64,000 nt of DNA from a virus (IMGVR_UViG_3300008450_000030:2208-66207); one strand, 5' to 3'. Shown: positions 48,601 to 56,865, counted from the first letter of the stretch. Notes: generated by a model not told the origin, from the letters alone. Made by a program: numbers and translations.

Positions 48601-48843
48601 TTTGGTAGCGGTCTGCGCTAGCCCTTCTCCTGCTATCTTGAAGAAGCCGGGGCGTTCTTCAGCGGGAGGGGTTTCTTGCTCAAGCGGGGTGTACTCTACC
48701 CCTTCTGCGCTAGTCGTGTTTGATTCAAACGGGGTGTACTCTACCCCCTCTGCACTAGCGTCAAGCGGGGTGTACTCTAGCCCCTCCGCACTCTCCACTT
48801 TTTTGTTTACGGGAGTTTTTGCGGCGGGGCTAGAGGGTGTCAT
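39661..48843 (-). CDS. Giant (3060 aa) polyvalent internal virion/ejection protein
   Basis: GNAT-like segment (LVSWYARNGF), HELLH zincin, GHKL ATPase (ELFQNGFDA, DNGPGM, GGLGIA), second HELAH; last gene of the ejection cluster. Confidence 0.8.
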   Translation of the reverse strand: MTPSSPAAKTPVNKKVESAEGLEYTPLDASAEGVEYTPFESNTTSAEGVEYTPLEQETPPAEERPGFFKIAGEGLAQTATKGLGIAPNSMLGKLFGMEDKDKPFEFKGATVPERTPTQEAVGRSAIDPNFVSAIKARLDAMPEDKRAVSLQNLTKQPGVYGTAARDIAAQYAATEKALPTVQGLTDASIEARTAYYIKNGMNPEAARNRAMGDALSGLTLNPRVQGMDRDVVGEVAGREAAIRKKELEGAGFVRRVGAEIGALNTQTGLGLQRMYADVTGNEDLQRYTAGLSRIEKERAGAIPEGESIFAKSAQHAMASFATQAPMLVLGALTGTAAPVLLQAGFNQFAQSYNESRDAGVKPTEALGRSVPMAAAEVFFERFGMTKALAGLKKYVADGGNDIAKYVGKSIAGEIPSELATTLTQYGIDVLPSVGLNKNPSLLGLYQQLEETLRQTVLQSGVTAGTTIGAVKGIQKLQSALEPKGYKEDRSYEGLSEMIARSKGFLNPIGQRPAAPPPAATTVGAPFTPDEERLQKLQSTLQRRKQVEELATQIAATGVPEDDAMQMAERQMQDFEAEQAAKAQRSKDATAKLVTSAPQGRIDELTQGFIDAGVEPQVALQQATQQANEEAEADAQAEKESRTRSKKPANKPVTTTTGTGVSVAEQPSAVVTAEGTPGTEPDGVVSTEQDAGRVDGGEGTQPTAVKTEKTLLSFENDRGVVGNESVLAGIKRLGEDDDIVSEYPDRDGAVMLYSMNKQAGGQSGRASEVLNKLTSWADENNERLVIMPKASGELQQDALVSWYARNGFEPQDDGAMIRAPKPTTSTTTTEETASGTETPETQQAEAQGAAAPAVSTTPKTKRGRPTVLTEEQREQKLTESRPVQAAKARAERAVTRILKALEKLATPIDEGAFKDENDLKEAQAERVSQRRQHTRELLALQGDPLLRGTKVAERVKAALEHPQTSDAREKAEIKKGMDLQKQGKNLYSKIGQGVADPKFAQFTTGSQALSHIIKTGNPFQRKLGRRLKSFVSGVKFVVIEKGQPLPAELQKSKNLRHWNRALALYTESYKTKEKVIYVRGASFGAGQGVNNVTVLHELLHAATNRKITLALELIANGMRLDSPLVQAANDLMRTMASANYQYKRLNAQWDVATQKRKLSPQIGALNQFGEAFSRPEEFIAYGLTDEDMQEFLMTAEGYEEDTSFFNRFVRSIRDLFGMDDGDTNALSDLIVVTDRLLSAREPVGTRLAYDLVSAAADIYEEQTATPGGDLRRLAKLLGSKLYGEPTDIARVSIKELFQNGFDAIKEGIEKHGLIKGRVDVKVDKANRKVQIIDNGPGMPSSVMGKQFLQIAGTVKGTERASGGLGIAKMLFLFENKSLEAVSLRNGVISKLSTTGEELGLAMAGSPQAALQSIKDAIGDDPIVLAMLPAIEKAIEEAREKSGVKIPEIKVITTSDPETVKYYRDTLFPDGHGTSITVEIPETYEEASTGAVKEIPFEEGSLVNSPVLKRSPLFDNIDVWVEKLNSEDPYLYQAPIGSKFDLDTYTPFANVKFNWGIARIYASKIPSKQYGDNTHILSNGLWQFSTALKETQAWNADKLPYVFYIDVASVAKPEDPGYPFDLNRQGFSEAAKNDFGKIFNYLVALYRHVDLSKEATNFGTVQYVKPNGKLTNAATLEPKVPVTDNAFTLIRAGDKVEVRDGVVYINGREVPEITNEDLAGTHINIDELTIPQENLDPNMVMVHDNTKQTERRETLTKHHANLARLNKLVTSNPPDTYILTRTWESSYRPESSEYRFTYAYKNEWNEDDFRAVGGTATEIIAELTNRGIIPKVEDQADALPLDASLSDVARAKFGEERYNKYVAEVGNIFMLLRNALIAAGEGDYEGLDGVVVGVSVDIKYLGASTVIPFKGLFINPCAISPYIADKGNRGKDPATIALAMFTTMQHELAHFKVRSHDANFVTEFQTIMALLRTFPGINMDQVLDNLTKHIKDNLDVFLFLHTEFKNGNFEARGNRFKDDGNEQIENGSVSADNSDPSGAGTLRQSLPPSSGKGPKDTGQVGISAGISGEAEEVREAVRSQKEVDAAVAVATHKFEESNKAEQFAKAATMLQMAQDPRKVIPLLQDIYNVLDVATRKFLVKIPTTQFLVDWASSSVPSLQYTSKLMQQMSGMTQQLLKSASNLVTDVDRAFRNDPALRGKLERITQIATLAEVDPADPKAKERNASLDRMYTDLGSEGQRVYKRVRDHFVALSQYFSKLLDDQISSSKLTLVEQKVIMKKIRAMYEKGPKITPYFALVRRGEYWLSVGKGKTRKFYMRETMAERDRLMRALADEQIKRKPNETNKAWETRRADKLGLLLEDQEFTYGNDISSLRRATVDNSEMLREIFDLVEKSNLQDAEAKEALKDAMYQIYLQTMPEQSFRKQFIHREGIAGASTDFLRDVATTTAKMATQLARIKYSPLLRNSLSQARDSIVNRPNQEPFVAEMEARVKDSLKFANDDSVAQTIAKWLNKAAYIYYLGGASTALIQPLSIFQQGMPVLSKYGVVDANKEMLRMLKVWQHFGVYVTNPDGSKSWVAPSIEHGMGLSPEEVWAVKQMTSRDVASSTFAGSVFDYKETPTGKQSAPIVQFGKDTVDLLVLGGLMHSTERMSREVMFLSSFRLNMRQPGMTREKAVDAAVHDTNEALGNYGDYNRPLWMKSATGKVLTQFMFYSLHVTLFLLKNFKEMIKPMDGHTRGEAAKKFFGTLAATYVLAGVVGLPMFSTIMGILGWAWDELREDDWPEDIKSLSFELWFRTVYLQEQLGSTKIGGVSLATIVERGPVNAFSGIDFSSRTSLNNLWLRESKEEKTLKDTAIAFAIDHIGPSPNMLLAGAEAWEAFSRGDIDKGVRKMAPAGFRNVITANKLWTEGAKDSKGTQILSKDAFSTGLLIAQAVGFRSDLLANTQYVTFKVIGLEQKILNERQVLLDNMEREFKDKNFKKFSDIVAKDVAKWNMRFPTYNIEGDDIENSIMAKAEQRATSFRGVTLNDKNIPLFIKAVTPSRRAASEAEKAGREKKAKEKSKE

Positions 48844-51338
48844 CTTACTTTTCCTTTTGGTTTGCCGTCAGCGCCGTAGACGATACCGTCCTTAACGTAG
48901 TCGCCCTTAGCGCCTACTGCTTTGGGTGGTACTGTATCAGGTTTCGCCGAATTAGGCTTTACGCCAGAACCCATTCTTGTGTTAGCTGCTTCAGTAAGCC
49001 TATCTAGCGCCGCAGCCATAGCCTCAGGGTCTTCTTCCATCAACGCCTGTCGATATCCGGGGTCAAGCAGTTTTTGTTTCTGTACGTCTGCTGCCACAGC
49101 AGCACTAGCTGCCTGAACAGTTCTGGCCGTTTGCACCGCCACTGCGCGTGCCCCCATGTCCTTGCGCTCCGTTGTCGCAATAGTGCCAGCTTCGTTTCGT
49201 ATCTGCGCGTCGGTCCAGTCAGGGTGCTGCTCTCTAAGAAAATCTACTTTTGCTTGGAAGTTCAATTCGTCCAGTTTTACTTGCGCGGTTTTACCGGAAC
49301 CAGAGCCAGAACCCGACCCCCTACCAATCGGCCTAAGAGCCTGAGCAAGTTTTGCCCCAACAGTACCTCTGTTAAGAAGCGTAGTGCGTTTTTCCTTGAC
49401 CGCTGCCAACTTAGCCGCTTCTGCCAGCCGAATAGATTCCTGAGCGCCTTTGATGTCACCGATGCTCTGCTTGTATTCCGCGTCGGCAAGCTGGTACTGA
49501 TATTCCTCGATAGCATCCCGCTGTTTGCCGCTTTCTTTCAAGTTCTGGCCGTATTCCCCAGCGAATTTAGGTAGAGCATTACTCAGGCCACTACTGAGAT
49601 TAGACCCCTGTAGTAGGTTTCCAGCAGCACCCAAGAGCGCAACACCAAGACCCTTTTTCTCTTGCTCTCCAATTTTGGCCTCCCTAGCCGCGAGTTTTTC
49701 TCGCATCGGGGCGTATGGGCTAGGTCCGGCCAAATCACGCATTTCGTCGCGTTCCTTTATGATGGAAGCGCGACGTTGCTCATCGGTCAGCGGAGTTGGT
49801 TCTTTAAGGTTGTCGAATTGATCGAACGCATCTGCTGTTCTAAGCGCAACCCTACGGTACTGCTCTGGGATACCGGGAGACTCTAGATACCGATCCTCCC
49901 TATCGTCTTCGTATTCATCCTCTGAACTACCACCCCCACGAGCAAAAGCAACGATGCCACCGTTAGCCATGCTCTCTTGTGTAGGCACGATGTTGTTGAC
50001 CATATCCTGTGAGGCCATAGCAGAAATGCTATTAGGTGCGATTTGTTCTGCGGGGGCTTCCGGGGGTTGGGTTATAGCAGGGAGCACTGCTTGTCCTGTA
50101 CCACCCTCAGCACCTACACCACGTTTCTGCATCTCTTCAGCAATAACTCTGATCCGCTCGGGATCACCCATCCGCACAGCAATATCGTAAGCCTGTTTAA
50201 GTTGCTCGTTACTTAACATAGGGACAATAGCGGCTACGTTATCGTCACCCGTGATACCGCCACTAGTAATACCACCATCAGCATAGGCCAGACCGCCACG
50301 CGCAAACAGTTGGCTTGCTCCAGCAGCAGCAGTACCAGCAGCAGCTAGGTTCTGTGCAGTACTAGGGCCAGCACTGTACATTGAAGTAGTGGACGAAGAG
50401 CCAGACGGCACTGCGCGTAAGAGGTCAGACCTACGCATGATCTGATCCCAGTCGAAGTTCTTCTGGTTCATCCAGTCTTGATAACCAATATCAAGACCTT
50501 TTTGCGCTTGGGCTTGCTGCTGCTGTCCGTAGGTATTACGCAGCTTATTGATATCCATGCCTTGCTGGAACTGCTGCCCACCAAGCGTAGACAACACCTG
50601 AGCAGCGTTGAGCCCAGCGGTAGAACCAAACTGCCGTGACTGTTCCCGCGCCTGATCTGCTGAAAGACCGTACTGTGCGCGATTCTGCGCGTTCTGCATC
50701 TGCCGCTGTTGGTCCGCGCTGAACATCCCTGCGGCCTGATTGAAGGCGTCACTGTAGCCTCTGGCGTTGATGTCCGCCATGTTCTGCAGGGTGTTCTTTT
50801 CAGTCATAGACTGCTGCAACGCGCCGCGAGTACCACCAAAAGCACCCATGCCCACTGCTTTGGCAGCGTTCAGGTTCTGTGCTTGCATACCCGCACTAGC
50901 CGCTTCCCGTATCTGCGGAGCCAGTGCGCCCTGAAGAAACGGGTTCATGTACTGATCGACATTCGCACCCGTGTACTGCTGAAGCTGGTTGTTGTACTGG
51001 TTCTGGAAATCAGCGGGGTTGTACTGCCCTGCCTGAGTAGCCATTTGCGTAGCAGTACCGATCTGCGGCGCAACACCCATGTTTTGAGCGTCTGTATAAG
51101 ACTGCTGCTGCATCGGGTCAAAACCCGCCAGCCTATTACCGCCGTACTGTTCGTACCCTTGCTCGGTAAGCTCCATACCCTTAGCAAGGGTTTCCTTAGC
51201 GGCTTCACGAGCCCACGGCGCAACATCGCTGATTACGGTTTGCGTAGTATTCGCAGGAGTCTTTCCACCCCCACCACCGCCGAGGTTCAACCCGAAAACT
51301 CCAGCCCAGCGCAGTGCGCTCAACAACAACTTAACCAT
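48840..51338 (-). CDS. Internal virion (ejection/pilot) protein
   Basis: Poly-Gly after a short leader; Q/A/G-rich, YMNPF, GAFGGTR. Confidence 0.7.
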   Translation of the reverse strand: MVKLLLSALRWAGVFGLNLGGGGGGKTPANTTQTVISDVAPWAREAAKETLAKGMELTEQGYEQYGGNRLAGFDPMQQQSYTDAQNMGVAPQIGTATQMATQAGQYNPADFQNQYNNQLQQYTGANVDQYMNPFLQGALAPQIREAASAGMQAQNLNAAKAVGMGAFGGTRGALQQSMTEKNTLQNMADINARGYSDAFNQAAGMFSADQQRQMQNAQNRAQYGLSADQAREQSRQFGSTAGLNAAQVLSTLGGQQFQQGMDINKLRNTYGQQQQAQAQKGLDIGYQDWMNQKNFDWDQIMRRSDLLRAVPSGSSSTTSMYSAGPSTAQNLAAAGTAAAGASQLFARGGLAYADGGITSGGITGDDNVAAIVPMLSNEQLKQAYDIAVRMGDPERIRVIAEEMQKRGVGAEGGTGQAVLPAITQPPEAPAEQIAPNSISAMASQDMVNNIVPTQESMANGGIVAFARGGGSSEDEYEDDREDRYLESPGIPEQYRRVALRTADAFDQFDNLKEPTPLTDEQRRASIIKERDEMRDLAGPSPYAPMREKLAAREAKIGEQEKKGLGVALLGAAGNLLQGSNLSSGLSNALPKFAGEYGQNLKESGKQRDAIEEYQYQLADAEYKQSIGDIKGAQESIRLAEAAKLAAVKEKRTTLLNRGTVGAKLAQALRPIGRGSGSGSGSGKTAQVKLDELNFQAKVDFLREQHPDWTDAQIRNEAGTIATTERKDMGARAVAVQTARTVQAASAAVAADVQKQKLLDPGYRQALMEEDPEAMAAALDRLTEAANTRMGSGVKPNSAKPDTVPPKAVGAKGDYVKDGIVYGADGKPKGKVR

Positions 51339-51777
51339 TTAGGTGCTCCTTGCGGTACTCATCAAACCGTTCATGGAATATAGCTTTCCATACTTCCGGT
51401 AGAACTTCTCTAGCTTTTTCTGCCCCTACGCAAACATGCACAGCGTAGGCGATTATGTTCCCCGCAGCGTAGCGGAGTCCATGCGAAATCTCAATCCCGT
51501 GTGGGTCTTTGTCCGCCTCGTACCTGTTTGCTGTCTCGTAGGAGGAAACAACAACAAGCCACATAGGGAGGATGGCATCCTGAATGGAGCGGTAGAACGG
51601 ATTGGCGGGTAGATAAACCAGCGCCGTGAGAAAAGCCCTGTTGATCTCTATCTCAGAGACGGGCTTATCTTTGTCTACTAAGTCATCCCAAGTATGCAGC
51701 AAATCTACGAAAGCACGAAACATATTGAGGGCATGTTGATCGCCCCCAAACCACTCCAGTTTGCCCTCGTCGGTCAT
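51331..51777 (-). CDS. Hypothetical helical protein with DDxxD motif
   Basis: HTWDDLVDKD; LPANPFY. Confidence 0.75.
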   Translation of the reverse strand: MTDEGKLEWFGGDQHALNMFRAFVDLLHTWDDLVDKDKPVSEIEINRAFLTALVYLPANPFYRSIQDAILPMWLVVVSSYETANRYEADKDPHGIEISHGLRYAAGNIIAYAVHVCVGAEKAREVLPEVWKAIFHERFDEYRKEHLNG

Positions 51778-53039
51778 GCTGGGAGGTACTTCTCAGAGCG
51801 GCTGTTGTGAGCCACCTTGTTTTTCCCAGTGCTCTTCTTCCGTGCCTTCTGGATACGATCCATCATCGCGTACAGTTTACGAGCACCTGCTTCAGTAGAG
51901 CCATTACCAAGCTCAGACACTATGCGTGCAGGGATAACGAACTCACCATCAGCCAGCCGAGCGGGTTGTCTTTTGCCAATCACAGCAGGAATAGAGTCCG
52001 AGACACCATCGCCGGGGCCACGAAGCAGTCGGCCACCATCAGAGTAGCTGCCCAAATTGGACGAAGCTGAGTTCAACCCACGCATGACGCCGCCAGCAGC
52101 AGCAAGTTTAGTGAACCCACGGTTCTTGAAGTAACCCATCTCCTTGCCGCTTGCCAAGTTAGATTGGTAGTCTGGAGAGGAATACACGCTGTCGTCCGTA
52201 CCTTGGTTGTACGAGTACTCTGGCATAGAGGTATCTTCCTCTATTTCCTTAGGCTTCTTTTCTCCGGGCATCATGGACAGCAAAGTACCGCCCGTAATGA
52301 AAGGATGCTCTTTAGCAAACCCCATCAGGTTCTCACCAGAAAGCCCCCTGCCCATTGCTGCGGCGCGGTCAGACACACTACCTAAACCCTCAAACTTAGC
52401 AACATTAGCGGCGTTCATAGCCTCTGGGGAAGCAATTGGAGCAACTTGCGATACGCCAGTATTCGCCCCCAGAGAGGAGTATTTTGTATAAGCATCAGCA
52501 GGTGCGTTAAACCGTAAGCCTTGCCCCGCAGTGCCATCCATACCGAGAGGTGAGGTAGTAGCAAGATCGGTAGCAGCAATATCACCAACACCAGCAACAG
52601 GAGCACCAGCGCCAACACCAGCAACAGGAGCAACAGGAGCACCAGCACCAGCAACAGGAGCACCAGCACCAGCACTTCCAGCAGCACCAGCAGCACCCAA
52701 ACTCGCCCCCAAACTTGCACCGCCGTAAGCCCCAAGACCAGCCATCAGACCCTTTTTAAGACTACCTTTTGCAAGCCCCATGCCGCCACCAACCATCATA
52801 GCGGCTATATGCGGTGGGACCCCCATCATGGACAGGCCAACACCTGCAACAGTAGGAAGAATCTTAGACAGAAACCCCGCTTCGGCTAGGCCAGTTTCGG
52901 GGTTGATGGTCAACGAACCGCCATGTTTCCTAGCGATCTCTTGCAGGGCGTTGACCTCGCCACGACCCATGTGGACAAGTTCTGTATCTGGGCCTCGGCC
53001 TTGGCTGGCAAGATGACGGGCAGCGAGTTGAAGGCTCAT
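51774..53039 (-). CDS. Internal virion protein
   Basis: GRGPDTELVHM...LTINPETGL; hydrophobic Gly/Ala segment; GPGDGVSDSIPA...ARLADGEFVIPA. Confidence 0.7.
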   Translation of the reverse strand: MSLQLAARHLASQGRGPDTELVHMGRGEVNALQEIARKHGGSLTINPETGLAEAGFLSKILPTVAGVGLSMMGVPPHIAAMMVGGGMGLAKGSLKKGLMAGLGAYGGASLGASLGAAGAAGSAGAGAPVAGAGAPVAPVAGVGAGAPVAGVGDIAATDLATTSPLGMDGTAGQGLRFNAPADAYTKYSSLGANTGVSQVAPIASPEAMNAANVAKFEGLGSVSDRAAAMGRGLSGENLMGFAKEHPFITGGTLLSMMPGEKKPKEIEEDTSMPEYSYNQGTDDSVYSSPDYQSNLASGKEMGYFKNRGFTKLAAAGGVMRGLNSASSNLGSYSDGGRLLRGPGDGVSDSIPAVIGKRQPARLADGEFVIPARIVSELGNGSTEAGARKLYAMMDRIQKARKKSTGKNKVAHNSRSEKYLPA

Positions 53040-53072
53040 AGCTTCCTCACGGAATTATTGGGGTTGATGTTA

Positions 53073-53729
53073 TCACGCAGGTAGCGCGGATACAAATGAC
53101 ATCGTGGCTACGACAGAGGCGGTAGAGGGCTTGGTTGGCAAGATGGTGGCAATGTAGGTCGGGAGTGTCACTAGAATGTTTGTAGCCGACCAGTAAATTT
53201 CCACCTCATCTTCTGCTTCCATTGAGAGGAAGTAGTTCCAGCCCTTGATGTCGTGCGACGGGTCTAGTGGTGTTTTGTGGGCAGGCATACCGACTTTTCC
53301 CGTAGACCCAACAATGTCTACTCCGTTTTGCTTAAGCCAGATGAAAACATCCTGTGGAGCATTGTCATTGTTTTCTACCTGCACGCTGAACTGCATATTG
53401 TAGATACCAGCGTTTGCTACTTTCATAGCAGACGAGACAAGAGAGACTCCGTTGCTGAAGTCCGTTTGAGTCATCAGCACTTGCGTTGCTGTGTTAGCCG
53501 CTGTCATTGACTGTGAGGCATAACTGGAGAACGCCCCGTATGGGATGTTCAAAAACCTACCGCCTTGCCCCCCAGCCAACGGTCCTAGCGTCCCGTCAAT
53601 CTGATTGAAATACAGCCGCAGTACGTTGTTTAGCTGATCCAGATACCTCGCATCTGGCGGCTGTGGGCTAGACGGTAGCCTCGGGGCTACAGTTGGAATT
53701 AGCCGACTGATTAGTGGGCTAGTTGCCAT
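53073..53729 (-). CDS. Tail-associated structural protein (C1q/jelly-roll-like C-terminus)
   Basis: LNNVLRLYFNQID; GIYNMQFSVQ. Start reassigned to 53729. Confidence 0.65.
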   Translation of the reverse strand: MATSPLISRLIPTVAPRLPSSPQPPDARYLDQLNNVLRLYFNQIDGTLGPLAGGQGGRFLNIPYGAFSSYASQSMTAANTATQVLMTQTDFSNGVSLVSSAMKVANAGIYNMQFSVQVENNDNAPQDVFIWLKQNGVDIVGSTGKVGMPAHKTPLDPSHDIKGWNYFLSMEAEDEVEIYWSATNILVTLPTYIATILPTKPSTASVVATMSFVSALPA

Positions 53730-54358
53730 TAAATATCCCCCCAATGCAGTCGCTCAAGTTCCTTGCGAGCAGTAGCAGCTTCTTCGATACTGTGACAGGC
53801 TTTTGAGTAGAAACCTTTGCTTTTCACGGAGACTTTTCCATAGTACCGATTATTGCGAATGACTACCCCAACTACGCCGGTCTTGCTGTTTGCTCGCACT
53901 CTGACATTCCTATTTTGGGTTGTGGCCCCTGCCCACCGACAGTTTTCTGGTCCATAGTTTCCGTATGTATTGATCCTATCCAGCGTCTCATCCCCGTTTG
54001 GTTCGCCCATATCCGCAGCAAAGTTGATGTACTCATGCCAATGCTCGCATACAGTAATACCTTTGCCACCGTAGCGCGGATAGTCTTTATCTCTAGGATT
54101 GTTGCATCGGCGTAGCATTGCACGCCATGTATTGTAAGAACCTTTGTTAGTTCCGCCGTGCTTGGTAATCTGCTCCTGTAACCAACAACCGCACGATGTT
54201 GTATTGCCCGTAACCAAAGAGCCGGATGGAACGCACACTTCTGTACCACAATCACAACGACATCGCCAAAGTGCTTTCTTCAAGACGTTAGCCCCGTTGC
54301 GCTCAAGTGCAACCAACCTCCCAAAGCGCTGTCCAGTTCTATCAATAAGTTTAGGCAT
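53729..54358 (-). CDS. Free-standing HNH-AP2 homing endonuclease
   Basis: GQRFGRL, WRCRCDCG, YGGKGITVC, TLDRI...YGPENCRWA, AP2-like EEAATARKELE. Confidence 0.88.
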   Translation of the reverse strand: MPKLIDRTGQRFGRLVALERNGANVLKKALWRCRCDCGTEVCVPSGSLVTGNTTSCGCWLQEQITKHGGTNKGSYNTWRAMLRRCNNPRDKDYPRYGGKGITVCEHWHEYINFAADMGEPNGDETLDRINTYGNYGPENCRWAGATTQNRNVRVRANSKTGVVGVVIRNNRYYGKVSVKSKGFYSKACHSIEEAATARKELERLHWGDI

Positions 54359-54414
54359 TGCAGGACTCCGTAATTGAAGCCCCCATTGTATCGACATTTG
54401 ACAGGATGGCAAGG

Positions 54415-56865
54415 TCATTTCCTCCCATCAGGGCGGATATCAATACGGGTCACACCTAACTGCCACTGTACGCCGAGCGTGTCGGAACTGACCTTGAAGG
54501 CCATCTGCCTACCTCGAATCCGCACATAGACTTGCTCAGTGAACTGCTGAACGGTGTAGGTACGTTGGCTTTGGTAGTTCTGGGTACTTATCACATCCGG
54601 GACAGCAGACGTTCCGTAATCAGCACCGGGGAAGGTCCGTGGCCTAGTTGTGAACATTGCCGTTGGGTTGTTGACGAACGAGCCATCAAAGGTCAAGTCA
54701 GGAATCAGACGCCAGACGAACCCGTAGTTATGCCCATCCCCAATGTCAAAGTCGGAAGACTGTATGTACGCAGAGATGGGGTTTGGTGGATTGACTGTCG
54801 CATCGTCTGTGCCTGTCTCTTGGTAGACAAGCTGTGCGTTGGTTGTGCCCCCAGCCGCGCCATAGATCATGGACATAGGCACTTCCCGCAATGAGCTATC
54901 TAGCCAAGCGGTGCGCCCTTGATTGTCGCCCTCAAAGTTAGCCCAGTCCCCGTACCACCAGACTTGATCCAAGTAGTCATAGACAACATAACGATCTATC
55001 TCGGTAGAATTTGCGGAACAGTAGCTCCACCAGACTTCGCTGTAGCCTTCGTTAGTACCTGCGTGGAATTGGTACGCTTGGGATAAGTTGATGTCTGTGA
55101 AAACATACTCGCGCAACGTACATGGCAAAGTCTGCACTCGGCCTGAGTACATAAAGAACTTGTCCATCCCCATCCAGTAAGTGATATTGCTGGCAGTGGC
55201 AACAGCGTTGGGGCCATTGATAGATATATTGTCCTCAAGAATCTGAAAGCCCCACACATACGGTGGGCCAAGGTACTGCATAGAGTACAAAGCAGAGTCA
55301 GTGAAAACCAAAATCTCTTGTCGGGTTTGGATGGCAGTGATAATAGACGAGCCGTGGCTCAAACGGTAGTCACCCGCTTGGTTAGTTGTTGCGGGGTTCC
55401 ATGTGTAGTAGCTTTCCTGATCCGACCAGCGAATCTGCATGGGGTCAAGGGTGTTGGTAGCGTAAGTGTTCGTGGGGTCGTTACACCCAAGGGCAATCAC
55501 AAAGCGTGAAGCATCGGAAACAATCGCAAAGTTAACTACTGAGGGGCAGGTAGAGTCCACCAGAGCCCCACCCACGGTTGTACCCGCCCTAATCTCCACT
55601 CCTCGATCAAAAATAGTGGGGGCTGGGTTGGTGTCCCAGTAGTACATCGGACCACCGCGAGCGCAGAAAACAAGGTTCTCACCGAAGTTGGACTGACTCC
55701 ACAAGCGCATCTGCAAGCCAATACCCACACCAGATGTTGCCGCGACACCCCAACCAGTGAACAAAGTAGACAACTGAATGACAGCGCCTGTAAGGTGTAC
55801 GGCGGGAAAAGTCCCACTAGCCGCCCGGACGCAGCCAGTAAACGTAGTCGGCGAAGTGCCCGTATAGGAGATCAACTCTGAGTCAATCAGGAACGTACCT
55901 GCAGTACCAAAGCCTGTCGTACTGGCTACCGTAATCGTCGTAGTGACCAACTGAACAATAGCACCTGTGGCATGGGCTACAGCAAAAGTGCTGCTAGCCC
56001 CACGAACACAGCCAGTAAGCGTGTTGGTAGAAACTCCAGAAAAAGTAATCAGTTCGTTGTCAACAACGATTGTGCCCGGAGCAGTGAACCCAGTCGCGCT
56101 TGTCAGCACAATAGAAGTTGCAGAGGAAGTGATCGCTCCGTTAAGCGTAGTTTGTGTTACCGCGCCAAGCGTAGTGGACGCAACACCCGTGACTGCTCCG
56201 CCCCAAGCACCCGAACCCCAACCCACACCAGTCGTGTATATCTCATTACCTGTCGTAATCTGGAACGCAAATGTTGCGTTTACCGTTGGAGTGCCCGAAG
56301 TTGCAGCGGCTGTAGCTACAGTAATGTAGAAGGTGTTTGAGTCGTTATAGGTGACCTGATACTCACCATCCATCGTATCCTGTGAAATACCGTTAACTAC
56401 ACCAGTTGTCCCAGAGATGGTTACAAAGTCACCTGTCTGAGCGCCGTGAGAAGGGTAGTTAACTCTAACCTGTGTAGATGCGGCTGTAGTCGTGAACGCA
56501 TTAGTAGCAAGTGCAGGGGTCAGTCGTAACGGGGTAACGTCATAAAACGCACCGCCCGGACCATTCTGGATGTAGTACTTGAGGTTAGTACCAACGGCGA
56601 GCAAGTTGTAGGCTGACAGCGTGACCCAGTTCCACATCGCCCGCGCTATGCCCCAGAGCGTGCCCGTAGGCGGGGCGGATACATCGGTAGTTACCCCCGC
56701 GATTTCCGCAGATAGAACACCACTGTCGCTGACCCAACCCCCCATCTTTTCAGGTTGTCCTGAACGGAAGCGAATCTTGTTGCACTCATACCAGCCACCT
56801 TCGTTGCCATAAGTGGTGGTTTCCCTGTTTACACCGGGATTGAACTTGAGTTTCTGTAGTGGCAT
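54415..56865 (-). CDS. Tail tubular/nozzle protein (P22 gp10-like) with inserted surface domains
   Basis: MPLQKLKFNPGVNRE...IRWSDQE...RIRGRQ...RIDIRPDGR. Confidence 0.75.
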   Translation of the reverse strand: MPLQKLKFNPGVNRETTTYGNEGGWYECNKIRFRSGQPEKMGGWVSDSGVLSAEIAGVTTDVSAPPTGTLWGIARAMWNWVTLSAYNLLAVGTNLKYYIQNGPGGAFYDVTPLRLTPALATNAFTTTAASTQVRVNYPSHGAQTGDFVTISGTTGVVNGISQDTMDGEYQVTYNDSNTFYITVATAAATSGTPTVNATFAFQITTGNEIYTTGVGWGSGAWGGAVTGVASTTLGAVTQTTLNGAITSSATSIVLTSATGFTAPGTIVVDNELITFSGVSTNTLTGCVRGASSTFAVAHATGAIVQLVTTTITVASTTGFGTAGTFLIDSELISYTGTSPTTFTGCVRAASGTFPAVHLTGAVIQLSTLFTGWGVAATSGVGIGLQMRLWSQSNFGENLVFCARGGPMYYWDTNPAPTIFDRGVEIRAGTTVGGALVDSTCPSVVNFAIVSDASRFVIALGCNDPTNTYATNTLDPMQIRWSDQESYYTWNPATTNQAGDYRLSHGSSIITAIQTRQEILVFTDSALYSMQYLGPPYVWGFQILEDNISINGPNAVATASNITYWMGMDKFFMYSGRVQTLPCTLREYVFTDINLSQAYQFHAGTNEGYSEVWWSYCSANSTEIDRYVVYDYLDQVWWYGDWANFEGDNQGRTAWLDSSLREVPMSMIYGAAGGTTNAQLVYQETGTDDATVNPPNPISAYIQSSDFDIGDGHNYGFVWRLIPDLTFDGSFVNNPTAMFTTRPRTFPGADYGTSAVPDVISTQNYQSQRTYTVQQFTEQVYVRIRGRQMAFKVSSDTLGVQWQLGVTRIDIRPDGRK

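Noticed and set aside
52590-52700. CCAGCA-rich tandem DNA repeat
   Set aside because: Explained by the coded GAGAPVA peptide repeats in an internal virion protein.
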